Part shown: one piece after another, positions 1 through 10,600 of the stretch
Numbering within the stretch: position 1 is the stretch's first letter
Layout of the letters: every line of letters starts with the position of its first letter
DNA from: an uncultured virus (IMG/VR IMGVR_UViG_3300010153_000001)
Taxonomy: Duplodnaviria; Heunggongvirae; Uroviricota; Caudoviricetes
Strand: one strand, 5' to 3'
DNA: 60,729 nt
IMG/VR virus record: IMGVR_UViG_3300010153_000001
Translations under genes and position numbers: made by a program
The notes under the pieces: model-generated
What the model was told of the DNA's origin: nothing
Seen by the model: only the letters and a program-made list of their open reading frames with translations
The model's database searches: none

Positions 1-1
1 T

Positions 2-3000
2 GAAGAAGTTAATAAAACATTAAATCCACAATTAACGATTCCAAGTCTTACATCATTACCAATGAAAACTGGTACAGACTATGCAGACTATTGGATGGGT
101 AAAGGTAATCCACATAAAACTTTTTCATTCATGGCTAACAGGGAGGAGTTTACTCCAACTAATTGGGATAACATGAGTGCAGAATCTCAAAAAAAATGGA
201 TAGAAGAGAATTATCCTGATTTATCATCTACTATAGTTAAGCCTAATACAGATCCTCATGTTTTACAAACATTTATACCTAATAGTCCAGGAGTACCAAT
301 GTGGGATAGGAGTGTAGGTTCTTCTCATTTTAACCCAATGGTAAATGATTCCTATGAAGGTGGTTTAACATTAGGTCATAATAGAATATCATTTGATCCT
401 GCGTTTCCTAAGACAACAGTATCCTTGGAGAGACAGTCAGATTATGCCCAAAGATATAATGTAAAAAGTAGAAGTGGTAGTGGACTAGGAGCTTTTGATG
501 AATATATGAATACATTAAAAGATACAAAACCTCTCCAAACAGAGCTAGCCATAGAAAGGTCAAAAACTAATTTGGATAATACTACAAAATTTATTGAAGA
601 AATAGATAAAGGTGATGATGCTATTAGAAAATTATTACACTCAGAAGCTCAAGTAGAACATTGGACAGGTAGAACTTTTCATGAAGCAGTCAAAAACTTT
701 TATAATGGTAGGGATTTTAGACCTAGATTTACAGCAAGAGGTCCAGATATGCAAAGTATTGATATGAATAAAAGTAATAATTATAAAATTAATAATAACG
801 ATGTATCTTTTGATGCAACATATTTAAATTTTAATGATCTCACACATGATCAAATAATAGAGATAGTTAATTTACCTCAATTTAGAAATTACATAAAAGA
901 AAATAAGAAATATTTTAAATCAGAATATGATGAAAATATTATTAAACATAAAGAGCAAGTTGCAAAAAATGAAAAAGAAATATATGATATTGAAAATTGG
1001 AGCCCACTTAAAACAAATTTAGAGAGATATAAAAAAAATGCTCCTACAATATTATTAAATGAGTTAATAGACTATAGTACAAAAATAGGTAATACACACG
1101 TACACCTCCCATTATCATCAACAGTTGCAAAAACTCAAGGGTATGATGCAAATAAATGGGGAGCACCTAATCCTTTATTTCATCAGTTTAAATGGACAGG
1201 TCATGATTGGAATAGTTTTAATAATGATATTAATGACCTAAGAAAAATAATGAAGTTAGATTTAACTGAAGGTAATACTAAATCTATAGGACCTTTTAGT
1301 TTTAAAGTAATAAAGGGTGAACCATTATTGTCAACTCCATCCCAAAATCATCCTAATGAGATAATTACTATTTATAAAAATCCTGAGACTGGTGAAGTAA
1401 CTGAATTTCTTGGAACGGCTCAAGAACAAATGAAACAAATGGAAACTATTAGAAATGAGTTCTTAACATCTAAAGGGTATAATCCAGAAGTAGATTATAA
1501 AAATGTAGAAGGAGCATATAAACCAGAACATCAAACTATATTAAATAAATCTTCTGAAACACAACTTAAAAAAGATATTGAACAAATTTTTGGAAAGGGT
1601 TATCCATATGAAATTATTACAGATGGCCGTGGTAATCAATATATTAGATTAGATCATACGGGTACCAGGCTTCCAATTAAGAATATTCATGAATATAAAA
1701 GTGGTGGGGAATCTCTACCTAAAGCACAATGGTGGAATCCTAAAAATGCTTATAATGCATTTAAAACTATGAAGAATTCTTTCTCTCCAGGAATTAAACC
1801 TATGAATGTTAGAAAAGTTGGAGATTTTGGAAAACCACGTTCACAATATATTTTCCAAGCTCCACATGGAGATCGTGTACAATCATTGAAGAATTATTAT
1901 AATCCAGATTTTACAAAGTTTTCTGAACTTAGAACACATCCAAATGTAGGAGATTATACGTATGACAAAATGATTGATGAATTTACTTGGCTTAATGATG
2001 CTGCTAAAGTATCTGATAGAGTTATTAAACCATATAATCCTATATATGATGAAAGTGGAGATCTTATATCTTATGATATGCCTAATCTTAGAGACTATGT
2101 ATCTGCAGGATATGTAGTAAATAATAAAACTATTTTTGAATTAGATCCAATATTTGGAGAAGATCTTACTTCTGAAATTAGTAAACTTAATGCTAGTGGA
2201 TTTATTCATGGTGATCTTCATTCTGGTAATATCATGGTTAAACTAAATGCATCTAAAAATAAAGTTTTAGATTTTAAAATAATTGATCCATCAGGCTTCC
2301 CACAATTAACATCAGATATTAATTATAAGACAGCACCATTTTTACAGTCTAGACAAAAATCATGGAATATAGATAAAACTGATAATCCTTTATTTCAAAG
2401 AATGAATGTATTAAATAAAGCATCAGATATAGATAAAAAGAAATTAATAGAGTTAGAAAATAAAAAACCAATTGAGTTTGCTGATTATCAACAAGGAGGT
2501 TCATTACCAAAGGCACAGGATGGAAAAGAAGTTAAAGATTACTTTACAGCTTACTTAAATAGTGATTTATTTAAACGTAGAGCAATAGATTTACATGGTG
2601 AAGAAAATTGGGAAAAAGTAAGAGATGGTAAACTAAAAAGATTAGGAGATACAGAAGTTGATTTTAGTGGAGAAGAAGAGTGGGCAGATATATATGCTAC
2701 GGATTATAGTCAATCCAATCTACTGGCTGTAATAGGTTTAAAGGAGAAGTTTGATAGACTACAATCTAGATATATGAGACCTGGTTATGATGGTAATACA
2801 AATCCTATAGTTAAAGTAAACCCAGGACAAGCTGTAACAATGGCAGAAGATCATGAATTATCTTATAATCCATTTAATAGTATTCTTACTAATGAATATT
2901 CTCATGCATTAGGTGCTAACCATCCTAATACTAACGATACAGCAGCAATTGATTTTTTAATGACTGAGCGTGAAAGAGATATGACTAAAGAGAAAGGACG

Positions 3001-6000
3001 TGATTTTCTTTGGTCTGATAATGATTTACAAATACCTCATGATACAAAAAGCTATGAAATTAAATCTGACATAGATACAACAAGGTATGAGTTATGGAAA
3101 GCAGGTTTATATGATTTTGAAGAAGACTTTATGTTTGACCAATCACATATAGATTATATAAGAGAAAATCCAGATAAGTTTATAAAAGATAAACAATTAT
3201 TAGAGCAGTTTGATGATAATCAAGTTGTTGATATGATGAATACATTTACTGATAATTCATCAATGCCACTAGGCATGTCTAAATATGGTGGTCAACTACC
3301 AAAGGCTCAAACAGGAGTTTTATTTCCAGCAGATAATACAGGATCAGGATTTCCTGGAGGTAATTATAATTATTTTAATCCTCTAGATTTTAAGCAAACT
3401 TTTAATACTGATGTTCCAATAGCATGGGAGGATGTACCTCAAGATGTAAAAGATAAATGGGAAGGTGGTAGAGAATTTATGCAAATGTGGTATACTTCAC
3501 CTATGGGTATACAAATGATGAAGAATTCAGATCCTGAAAATTGGGAACAATTACAAGCAGCTAGATTAGAAAATATAAATAAGGATTATTCTGATATAAA
3601 CTTTTATTATAATAATATAAATGATCCTACTTTATGGGCATGGGCAGGTGGTAAACATGGAACACATAATATAGGTGTATATCCAAGGGCTTTCTATGCT
3701 GGACCTTCAGCAGCACATGAATTTACTCACATTTCTCATAATGAAAATACATGGAAGGATAGGTTCAAAGATACACATTGGGATACAGATGTCTTAGGAG
3801 AAATTCCAATAAATAAATCTTTCTTTAAATCTTATGGCCCTGAGAGTAATTGGTTTAATCCTATGCAGGAGGGATTAGCTGCTGGTAATTATCAAGGATT
3901 TGGAGACTTTGGTGGACACACATATAAATGGGATAAGGAAAAGGATGAGTTTTTATTAATACCTCAAACTGATATGAATCTTATGTATGCAAGTGATTTG
4001 AGTTATAATGATCATCGTGGACCACATTCAAGGTTAGGTAATATAGAACAATCAGATTCTGAATATTGGGGAGAAGCATCTGAACATATAGCAAGACTTA
4101 ATGCAATAAGATATAAAGCTTATCATACCAGAGATGAACATGGTTGGGATCCACTTACAATGCCACTTACTGCAGAATTATGGGAGAAGGTAAAGAAAGT
4201 AATTCCTTCAGTAGGTGGTGATGATGATTTTAATGCTATAGAACAATTAGGAAGTATAATAGGTGATAATGCTACTAGAAAACACTTAAATTTAATATCA
4301 GATGCTTCAGATCAAACAGGTAATGGAAATATGAAAACTGCTAAGTTTGGTGGGCAATTACCAAAAGCTCAACTTCAACTAATCAATGAAGGAGAAAAAT
4401 TAATAAATTATGGGGCTAATATAGTTAACAAGGGTAAACAAATAATTCCAAGACTTAAAAAGGCATATGACTTAAACAAGTATAATAAATCTACAGATAT
4501 ATTTGGTAATTCAGGTTATGATCTTGCCGCTGATCTTACACCAAGTATTCTAAAAAATAGATCATTAATAGATTTTAAATCATTAGAAAATACAACCGTT
4601 AATGAGGATAGATTACATCAGTTAATGGCTGACTATACTATTGATTCAGGACCTTTTAAATTTGGTACCTTTAAAGATATTGATGGAAATACTTTAGAAA
4701 ATTTGGTTCAACCTTTATCAGTTATCAAAGGTCCTAATGGAGAAGTAATAAATGCAACAGATAATAAATTTGCTTTAGAACTATCAGATTATATCAAGAA
4801 TAATAGATTAAACTGGAAGAACTCAACTGATGGAGAATTAAATAAATCTCTTTCATTAACAAGAATGTGGAATGAAAATGAAAGTATATCAGGAACTCAT
4901 GGAAATATAAATGATTTAAAGCTTTCGTTAGAATCAGGAGAGCCTATTCAATTAGGAGATATTACATCATGGTCAGCTGGTAAAGCTGGTTTAAATGCAT
5001 TTGGTCAACATAGGTATGTAATAAAAGATTTTGATCTTGAAACACCAGCATTATTAAATGAATATAATAAATATTTAAGTAAGAATCAACAGAATGTATG
5101 GAAGGAAAGAGAAATTCTTTTAGGGCCAGATACTAAATTTACAGTAAAGAATATAATTGACAATGCACCAAGAAAACCAGGTTGGGATTTATATACAAAC
5201 CTAAAAGAAAGTAATCCTAAATTATGGGAAGAGTTAAATTTAGATTTTGGTTCTACAAATAAAGCTGGAGGATATGGCTTTACAAATGACCCTACACTCA
5301 AAGTATGGCCAAATGGACAGACAAATCCAAACTATGATAAAATACAAACACTTATACAAAATGATCCTACATTTAAAGTAAAAGCTACACCAAATTATGG
5401 TACTGATATAGAGTTAGAATTACTTAAAAAATTATATGGGGGTTCTTTAAATTCTCTACCAAAAGCACAAATACAAGATGAGATTTTAAATGCGAATATA
5501 AAAGCAGATAAATGGAATAAAGAGTATGTGCAGTCAGAGAATTACATGAGTATGCTTAAACGTGCTAAAGAAAAAGAAAGTGTCATTAATTCAAGGATAG
5601 CTGAAGCAATGAATTTTGATCCTTATAAACATATTACATATGATGAAAATAATTATAGTTTAGGGCAATATTATAATAGTGGATCTCATTCATCAGATGG
5701 TAGTCAATACCCTATATCAACTTTCATGCATGGAGAAGCCATGTTAAACTATAATCCTACATTATTTCCAAATCATCCTGCTTATAATAATTCTGGTATA
5801 TCTACAGGGGGATGGCCAGCATTAGCAGGACATGAATTAATAGGGCATTATGGTGTAGATAAATTAAACAGAAAACAAAGAAAAGCATTAAATAGTTTAA
5901 TAAATTGGGAAGCATTGGATAACTTTGCAGGTGATTCTAATGAAGCATATGATCATGGTAAAGATCCATATGAGATGAGAGCAAACTTAGCTCAGTTAAG

Positions 6001-7564
6001 ATACCAATTAGATAACGCTGGTATTTATGATTCAAAGAAAGGATTAGCAGTAACAGCAGATGGTGAAGAAGGAGATAATCCATTCACAGAAGAACATCTT
6101 AAACAAATACTTGAGTTTGATGAAGACGGTACCTTTATAAGAATTAAACCAGAATTTAATAATGAGATCTTACAGTTTGTAGCACCACAAGATATTATAT
6201 GGATGATGAATAATATTGCACAAAATCAAGAGATTGGAGATGATTTACCTGAAGGTATAATAAGAGCTAAGATGGGGGCAGAGTTAACTAAGTTCCAGGA
6301 GAAGGGAGCAAATGATCCAAACTGGTTAGCACAAAGATTATATAATTCTGTTACTCCTATTGGTTATAATATAGATCATGCACTAAAAGAAATGTTTCAT
6401 GGTTCACGTCAACCATTTATGTGGGATGGTGTAGAAACATCATTTGATGATTTTCAAAATCATCCAAGATTTCAAGAACAAGCTATGTTTCCAGGACAAG
6501 GAGATTATATTAAAAATGCATCTCAAGATTTATGGGGAATGTATTTAGGTTTTGATCAAAAAAATAATACTGTCTCTAAGTCTAAATTTAAACCTACAAA
6601 AGGTGCTGAAGATGAAGATGCAATATATTATTCATTTAATGATGTAAGAGATATTTGGGCTGATATTATAGATGGTAAGATTACTGGTACTAATATTATA
6701 GATGACATTACAAAAGATAAATGGCAAATGCATGATTCAGGTGCAGGTGGTTTTAATTTAGCAAGTTATCAAATATCAAGAGGTGAAGATAGAGAAAAGG
6801 AACTTCCTTATTATTCTTATTATGATGAATATGATTTTGATATACCAACAGGTTTAGGATTTTCTATGCCTGGAGAAACACTTGTAGGAAATCCATTTGA
6901 AATATATGGAAGAATATATTATAATCCAGAAACTATGGAAATGATACCAGAGAATGAAGTAAAAGGTTGGTGGGTTGATTTTGAAAAATTAAAACAAGGT
7001 GTAGGTTATGCTGAAAGTCTTGATGGAGAACTAATGATTAATCCTGAATCAACAGCAACAGGAAGATATGGTCAGAGATTTAGTGAGATTAATAATGTTT
7101 ATGAGGGTACTAGAACACAGTTTGCAAATGATTTAGAAGCACAAGAAAAATATTTTGAAGATAGATATAGAGGTAGAATGGAAGGTATTCCAGGATTAAA
7201 AGAAAGTGCTATTGACTTATATCAAGAATATAATAAACAAATTGAAAGCTTCCCTTATTCTACAACAGAAGTTGCAGCATTAGTAAACTTCTTAGGTAGA
7301 CAAGGTACAAGAGAATATCTTGGATATGTATTAAGAGATGGTAATAGTTTAGAATCTGTATTCCCAGATAAATATGGACCAAATGCAGGGCAATCAAATA
7401 AAACACCTCAACAATATATTGATAAATTTAATGAGGGAATAACTAACATGAAGAAGCAACATGTAGAAGATGATCTAACAGGAAGGCTAATCAGAAAACT
7501 AGATAGAGGTGAGAAACTTACACCTGCAGGAACTAAACATCTAGAGTCTTTAGGAATGATATAA
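2..7564 (+). CDS. Giant modular (polyvalent) putative virion cargo protein, 5'-truncated; kinase-like, ADP-ribosyltransferase-like, 3x zincin-like and lysozyme-like modules separated by GGxLPKAQ linkers
   Basis: The frame of the 62..7564 ORF is open back to position 2, so the true start is probably upstream of the window. Motifs: HGDLHSGN..IIDPSG; NEYSH / HEFTH / HELIGH; R(SLTRMW)..TSWS..EREILL; YAES..STATGRYGQ. Six linker copies. Confidence 0.75.
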   Translation, partial: EEVNKTLNPQLTIPSLTSLPMKTGTDYADYWMGKGNPHKTFSFMANREEFTPTNWDNMSAESQKKWIEENYPDLSSTIVKPNTDPHVLQTFIPNSPGVPMWDRSVGSSHFNPMVNDSYEGGLTLGHNRISFDPAFPKTTVSLERQSDYAQRYNVKSRSGSGLGAFDEYMNTLKDTKPLQTELAIERSKTNLDNTTKFIEEIDKGDDAIRKLLHSEAQVEHWTGRTFHEAVKNFYNGRDFRPRFTARGPDMQSIDMNKSNNYKINNNDVSFDATYLNFNDLTHDQIIEIVNLPQFRNYIKENKKYFKSEYDENIIKHKEQVAKNEKEIYDIENWSPLKTNLERYKKNAPTILLNELIDYSTKIGNTHVHLPLSSTVAKTQGYDANKWGAPNPLFHQFKWTGHDWNSFNNDINDLRKIMKLDLTEGNTKSIGPFSFKVIKGEPLLSTPSQNHPNEIITIYKNPETGEVTEFLGTAQEQMKQMETIRNEFLTSKGYNPEVDYKNVEGAYKPEHQTILNKSSETQLKKDIEQIFGKGYPYEIITDGRGNQYIRLDHTGTRLPIKNIHEYKSGGESLPKAQWWNPKNAYNAFKTMKNSFSPGIKPMNVRKVGDFGKPRSQYIFQAPHGDRVQSLKNYYNPDFTKFSELRTHPNVGDYTYDKMIDEFTWLNDAAKVSDRVIKPYNPIYDESGDLISYDMPNLRDYVSAGYVVNNKTIFELDPIFGEDLTSEISKLNASGFIHGDLHSGNIMVKLNASKNKVLDFKIIDPSGFPQLTSDINYKTAPFLQSRQKSWNIDKTDNPLFQRMNVLNKASDIDKKKLIELENKKPIEFADYQQGGSLPKAQDGKEVKDYFTAYLNSDLFKRRAIDLHGEENWEKVRDGKLKRLGDTEVDFSGEEEWADIYATDYSQSNLLAVIGLKEKFDRLQSRYMRPGYDGNTNPIVKVNPGQAVTMAEDHELSYNPFNSILTNEYSHALGANHPNTNDTAAIDFLMTERERDMTKEKGRDFLWSDNDLQIPHDTKSYEIKSDIDTTRYELWKAGLYDFEEDFMFDQSHIDYIRENPDKFIKDKQLLEQFDDNQVVDMMNTFTDNSSMPLGMSKYGGQLPKAQTGVLFPADNTGSGFPGGNYNYFNPLDFKQTFNTDVPIAWEDVPQDVKDKWEGGREFMQMWYTSPMGIQMMKNSDPENWEQLQAARLENINKDYSDINFYYNNINDPTLWAWAGGKHGTHNIGVYPRAFYAGPSAAHEFTHISHNENTWKDRFKDTHWDTDVLGEIPINKSFFKSYGPESNWFNPMQEGLAAGNYQGFGDFGGHTYKWDKEKDEFLLIPQTDMNLMYASDLSYNDHRGPHSRLGNIEQSDSEYWGEASEHIARLNAIRYKAYHTRDEHGWDPLTMPLTAELWEKVKKVIPSVGGDDDFNAIEQLGSIIGDNATRKHLNLISDASDQTGNGNMKTAKFGGQLPKAQLQLINEGEKLINYGANIVNKGKQIIPRLKKAYDLNKYNKSTDIFGNSGYDLAADLTPSILKNRSLIDFKSLENTTVNEDRLHQLMADYTIDSGPFKFGTFKDIDGNTLENLVQPLSVIKGPNGEVINATDNKFALELSDYIKNNRLNWKNSTDGELNKSLSLTRMWNENESISGTHGNINDLKLSLESGEPIQLGDITSWSAGKAGLNAFGQHRYVIKDFDLETPALLNEYNKYLSKNQQNVWKEREILLGPDTKFTVKNIIDNAPRKPGWDLYTNLKESNPKLWEELNLDFGSTNKAGGYGFTNDPTLKVWPNGQTNPNYDKIQTLIQNDPTFKVKATPNYGTDIELELLKKLYGGSLNSLPKAQIQDEILNANIKADKWNKEYVQSENYMSMLKRAKEKESVINSRIAEAMNFDPYKHITYDENNYSLGQYYNSGSHSSDGSQYPISTFMHGEAMLNYNPTLFPNHPAYNNSGISTGGWPALAGHELIGHYGVDKLNRKQRKALNSLINWEALDNFAGDSNEAYDHGKDPYEMRANLAQLRYQLDNAGIYDSKKGLAVTADGEEGDNPFTEEHLKQILEFDEDGTFIRIKPEFNNEILQFVAPQDIIWMMNNIAQNQEIGDDLPEGIIRAKMGAELTKFQEKGANDPNWLAQRLYNSVTPIGYNIDHALKEMFHGSRQPFMWDGVETSFDDFQNHPRFQEQAMFPGQGDYIKNASQDLWGMYLGFDQKNNTVSKSKFKPTKGAEDEDAIYYSFNDVRDIWADIIDGKITGTNIIDDITKDKWQMHDSGAGGFNLASYQISRGEDREKELPYYSYYDEYDFDIPTGLGFSMPGETLVGNPFEIYGRIYYNPETMEMIPENEVKGWWVDFEKLKQGVGYAESLDGELMINPESTATGRYGQRFSEINNVYEGTRTQFANDLEAQEKYFEDRYRGRMEGIPGLKESAIDLYQEYNKQIESFPYSTTEVAALVNFLGRQGTREYLGYVLRDGNSLESVFPDKYGPNAGQSNKTPQQYIDKFNEGITNMKKQHVEDDLTGRLIRKLDRGEKLTPAGTKHLESLGMI

Positions 7565-7595
7565 GCATGAATATAATTAGACTATCTCCTAATAA

Positions 7596-7629
7596 TTTAG
7601 TATATTATAAGTGTATACTGCTAAAAGTA
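7596..7629 (+). promoter_or_regulatory. Putative phage (late) promoter motif TTTAGTATATTATA...TACTGCTAAAAGTA
   Basis: Intergenic, just upstream of ORF 7644. A near-identical motif lies at 44604-44634 and the core recurs at 48352-48365. Confidence 0.5.
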
Positions 7630-7643
7630 AATTAATTAAGTAA

Positions 7644-10600
7644 ATGGCAAAGAAATTTCCAAATATTGAAACTTTAAAAGTTTATCAGCAAGGTGGTGAT
7701 AATGAACCTGTTAGGTCATGTCCTGCTGCTACAACGGATTCAGATTTAAATTTAGATAATAGAGAACGTTCTATAACTAGATCTAATTATACTAAAGCAG
7801 ATTCAAAAAATAAATGTGGCAATTGTATATTCTTTGACATATCTAGTAGAATGAAGAAGTGTATGGATACTAAGACTGATAATACAGGTTATTGTTGGGA
7901 TCAAGAGTTTGTATGCAGTAAAGATAATGTTTGTGACATGTGGGAAGAAGGTGGTCCTATTAAATCTGATGAATCATCTTATATACAAGATAAAAATTAT
8001 AATACAGAATATGAAGAAAATAAAGCTGAGGTTGAACAAATACAAGCAGCAAACCAATCACCAATAGCTAATCAACCACCTCAACAACAAATGCCACCAC
8101 AAGGAATACAACAGATGATGGCACCACAAGGGCCTCCTCCACAAGGGCCTCCTCCACAAGCTATGGCACCTCCACAACAAGAGGTACAACCTACATATAA
8201 ATATGGAGGATCTTTAAGAAAAGCTCAACAACAAGAAGAAACACAAATTACTTTTAAAGACTGGGTATTACAAGATCCAGTAAATAGACAAGGACCTAAT
8301 GCTAAAAACGAATACATTGAATTTATAAAAAGTACTACTGTAGATCCAACATTTGGAACAGATCCATCTACACAATCATCTTCAGTTAATGAAGAATCAT
8401 CAAGTACTTCAACTGTTCTTGATAATAATACTGATATATATGATGCTAATAATCCAGATATAAAAGAAAGAGGTAACACACTAAAGGATGTATTTCCATG
8501 GATGACTAATAAGGGTATAAAAAGACGTGGTAAATATGGTCAAAATAGAGATGAAAACTTTATACCATGGGAGGCAGATCCTACAACAGATATTGGAGGA
8601 TTAGGGAGTATAGCTAATTGGTTTAAAAGTGTTGTACATGATGAAAGAAATCTTGATGTTGATCCTAATAAAATAACTAATAGAGAATTTAGAAGATATA
8701 AAAAACATTTAAGAAAACAGAATCCTAACCTATCTAGAAAAGAAATTAGAGAAATGGCTAATGAGGCTTTCCCTTCTCATGGTAATAATAGATGGGGTAA
8801 AGAACATTATCAACAATTTAAAGTAACAAACCCATTTAGTGAAACTAGATTCTTTGATCCAGAAAATCCTGATGAGTTACTTACTCATGGAGAAAAACAA
8901 GCACAACTGTATAATGAATTTTCTCAAAATAGAGTAGCAATGTATCCTGAATTATATCAGGTATCTTCAATGGATAATGATGGTAATATTACTTATACAG
9001 GAGATAAACTTTTAGGTGACATGGAAGAAACAGAGTATATGCCTAATTCAGTTCATATTGTACATACAGATGATAATAAAGGTATAAAAGGATCTTGGAT
9101 ATATAGTGGTACTAGTGATGATGGTCAAAAAGAATATGAGTTTATACCTTTTGATTTAGAAAATCCTACTAGAAAAACAACAACAAATAGTACTCAGAAA
9201 AATGCTAATGATTGTATAACACTTAAACAAAAATGTCTTGGTGCTGAACCTGCTGGAACATGGGATGCTGATAGTTGTACTTGTACCTATAATAAAGAAA
9301 GTGAACAGGAAGAACTAAATAAGAATGTAAAGAAGGATGCAAATATTGATGATATAGTATTTCCAGAAAATGAAGATTACAAAACAGGAGGAGCTGCTCC
9401 AACTTTTGCATTTATGAGAGATGGTGGTGATCTTAGAAGATTTCAAAATACAAGTGAACATAATTGGACTGATCAACAAATACTAGATTGGATTAATCTA
9501 CAAAATAAATTAGTACGTCCAAGAATGTCTTGGAAGGATGATCAAGGTTATTCCCAATATAGTGGAAGTAAGTTTAATCCACTTACAGCGCAAGAAGAAA
9601 TGATTTGGGATCCTAGAAATATAGATTTAACACAAAGATCTACATGGCCTAGTCTTAAGTATTCTGAATTTGATCCTGCTTGGTCAGGAATAAATAACTT
9701 AGAATATCCGTGGTTACCTGATTTTTCAACAGAAGAAGGAAGATCAGCAGCTTATAATTTACATAGAACAGCAGCTAAAACATATCCAGATGATTTATTA
9801 ATGCCAGATCTGTATTGGGGAACTAATCCATCAGGTGATAGAGAAGCTTATCCTTATAATATTGAATCAAGATCAGAAAAGGATAAAAGAACTGGAAAAG
9901 TAATAAGTGCTCAATTAACAGAGTTCAATGAAAAAATAAAAAATGTAAAGTCTAAAACAGAACTCAAGAAACTAATGAGTAATACAGACTTAAATCAACA
10001 AAGTATAATGTATATCTTAAATCAAGCAAATCAAAATAATGATCTTGATATTAGTGATGAAGATTATATATCTATAATGGATGAAATTACTACATTTCAA
10101 ACGGATCCAGCTAATAAATCTTTATATGAACATACTGCTTATGGTCCAGGTGAGAAAGTTGATGCAATTGTTTCCCGTGATGAATGGGGTAACACTGTAT
10201 ATAATACTGACTATCAGTATAATCCACATACGTATGAAGATTTTACTATGGCTAATCCTAATATAGGTCAAGAAACTACAACTAAAAAAACTCAGGTATG
10301 GATAGATCCTGATGATGGTAAGTGGTATTATAGACCTACATCTGATGAAGCTTGGTATAATACTCCTAATTTTTTAAATACACCTTGTCCAAATGATGAT
10401 TGTTATAGTACATATATAGATATTGAAAAAGATGTAGTAGGATCAACTATAGATGATGCTTTTAGAGATCAAACTATTTCAGAAAATAAAAAAGGAGAAA
10501 AACTTACACAACCTACACAAGTTTGGGATGAGCATGCAAACAATGGAGAAGGTGGTTGGATTTCTATTGATGGAACACTTACTAATGCAGACAACCAAGG

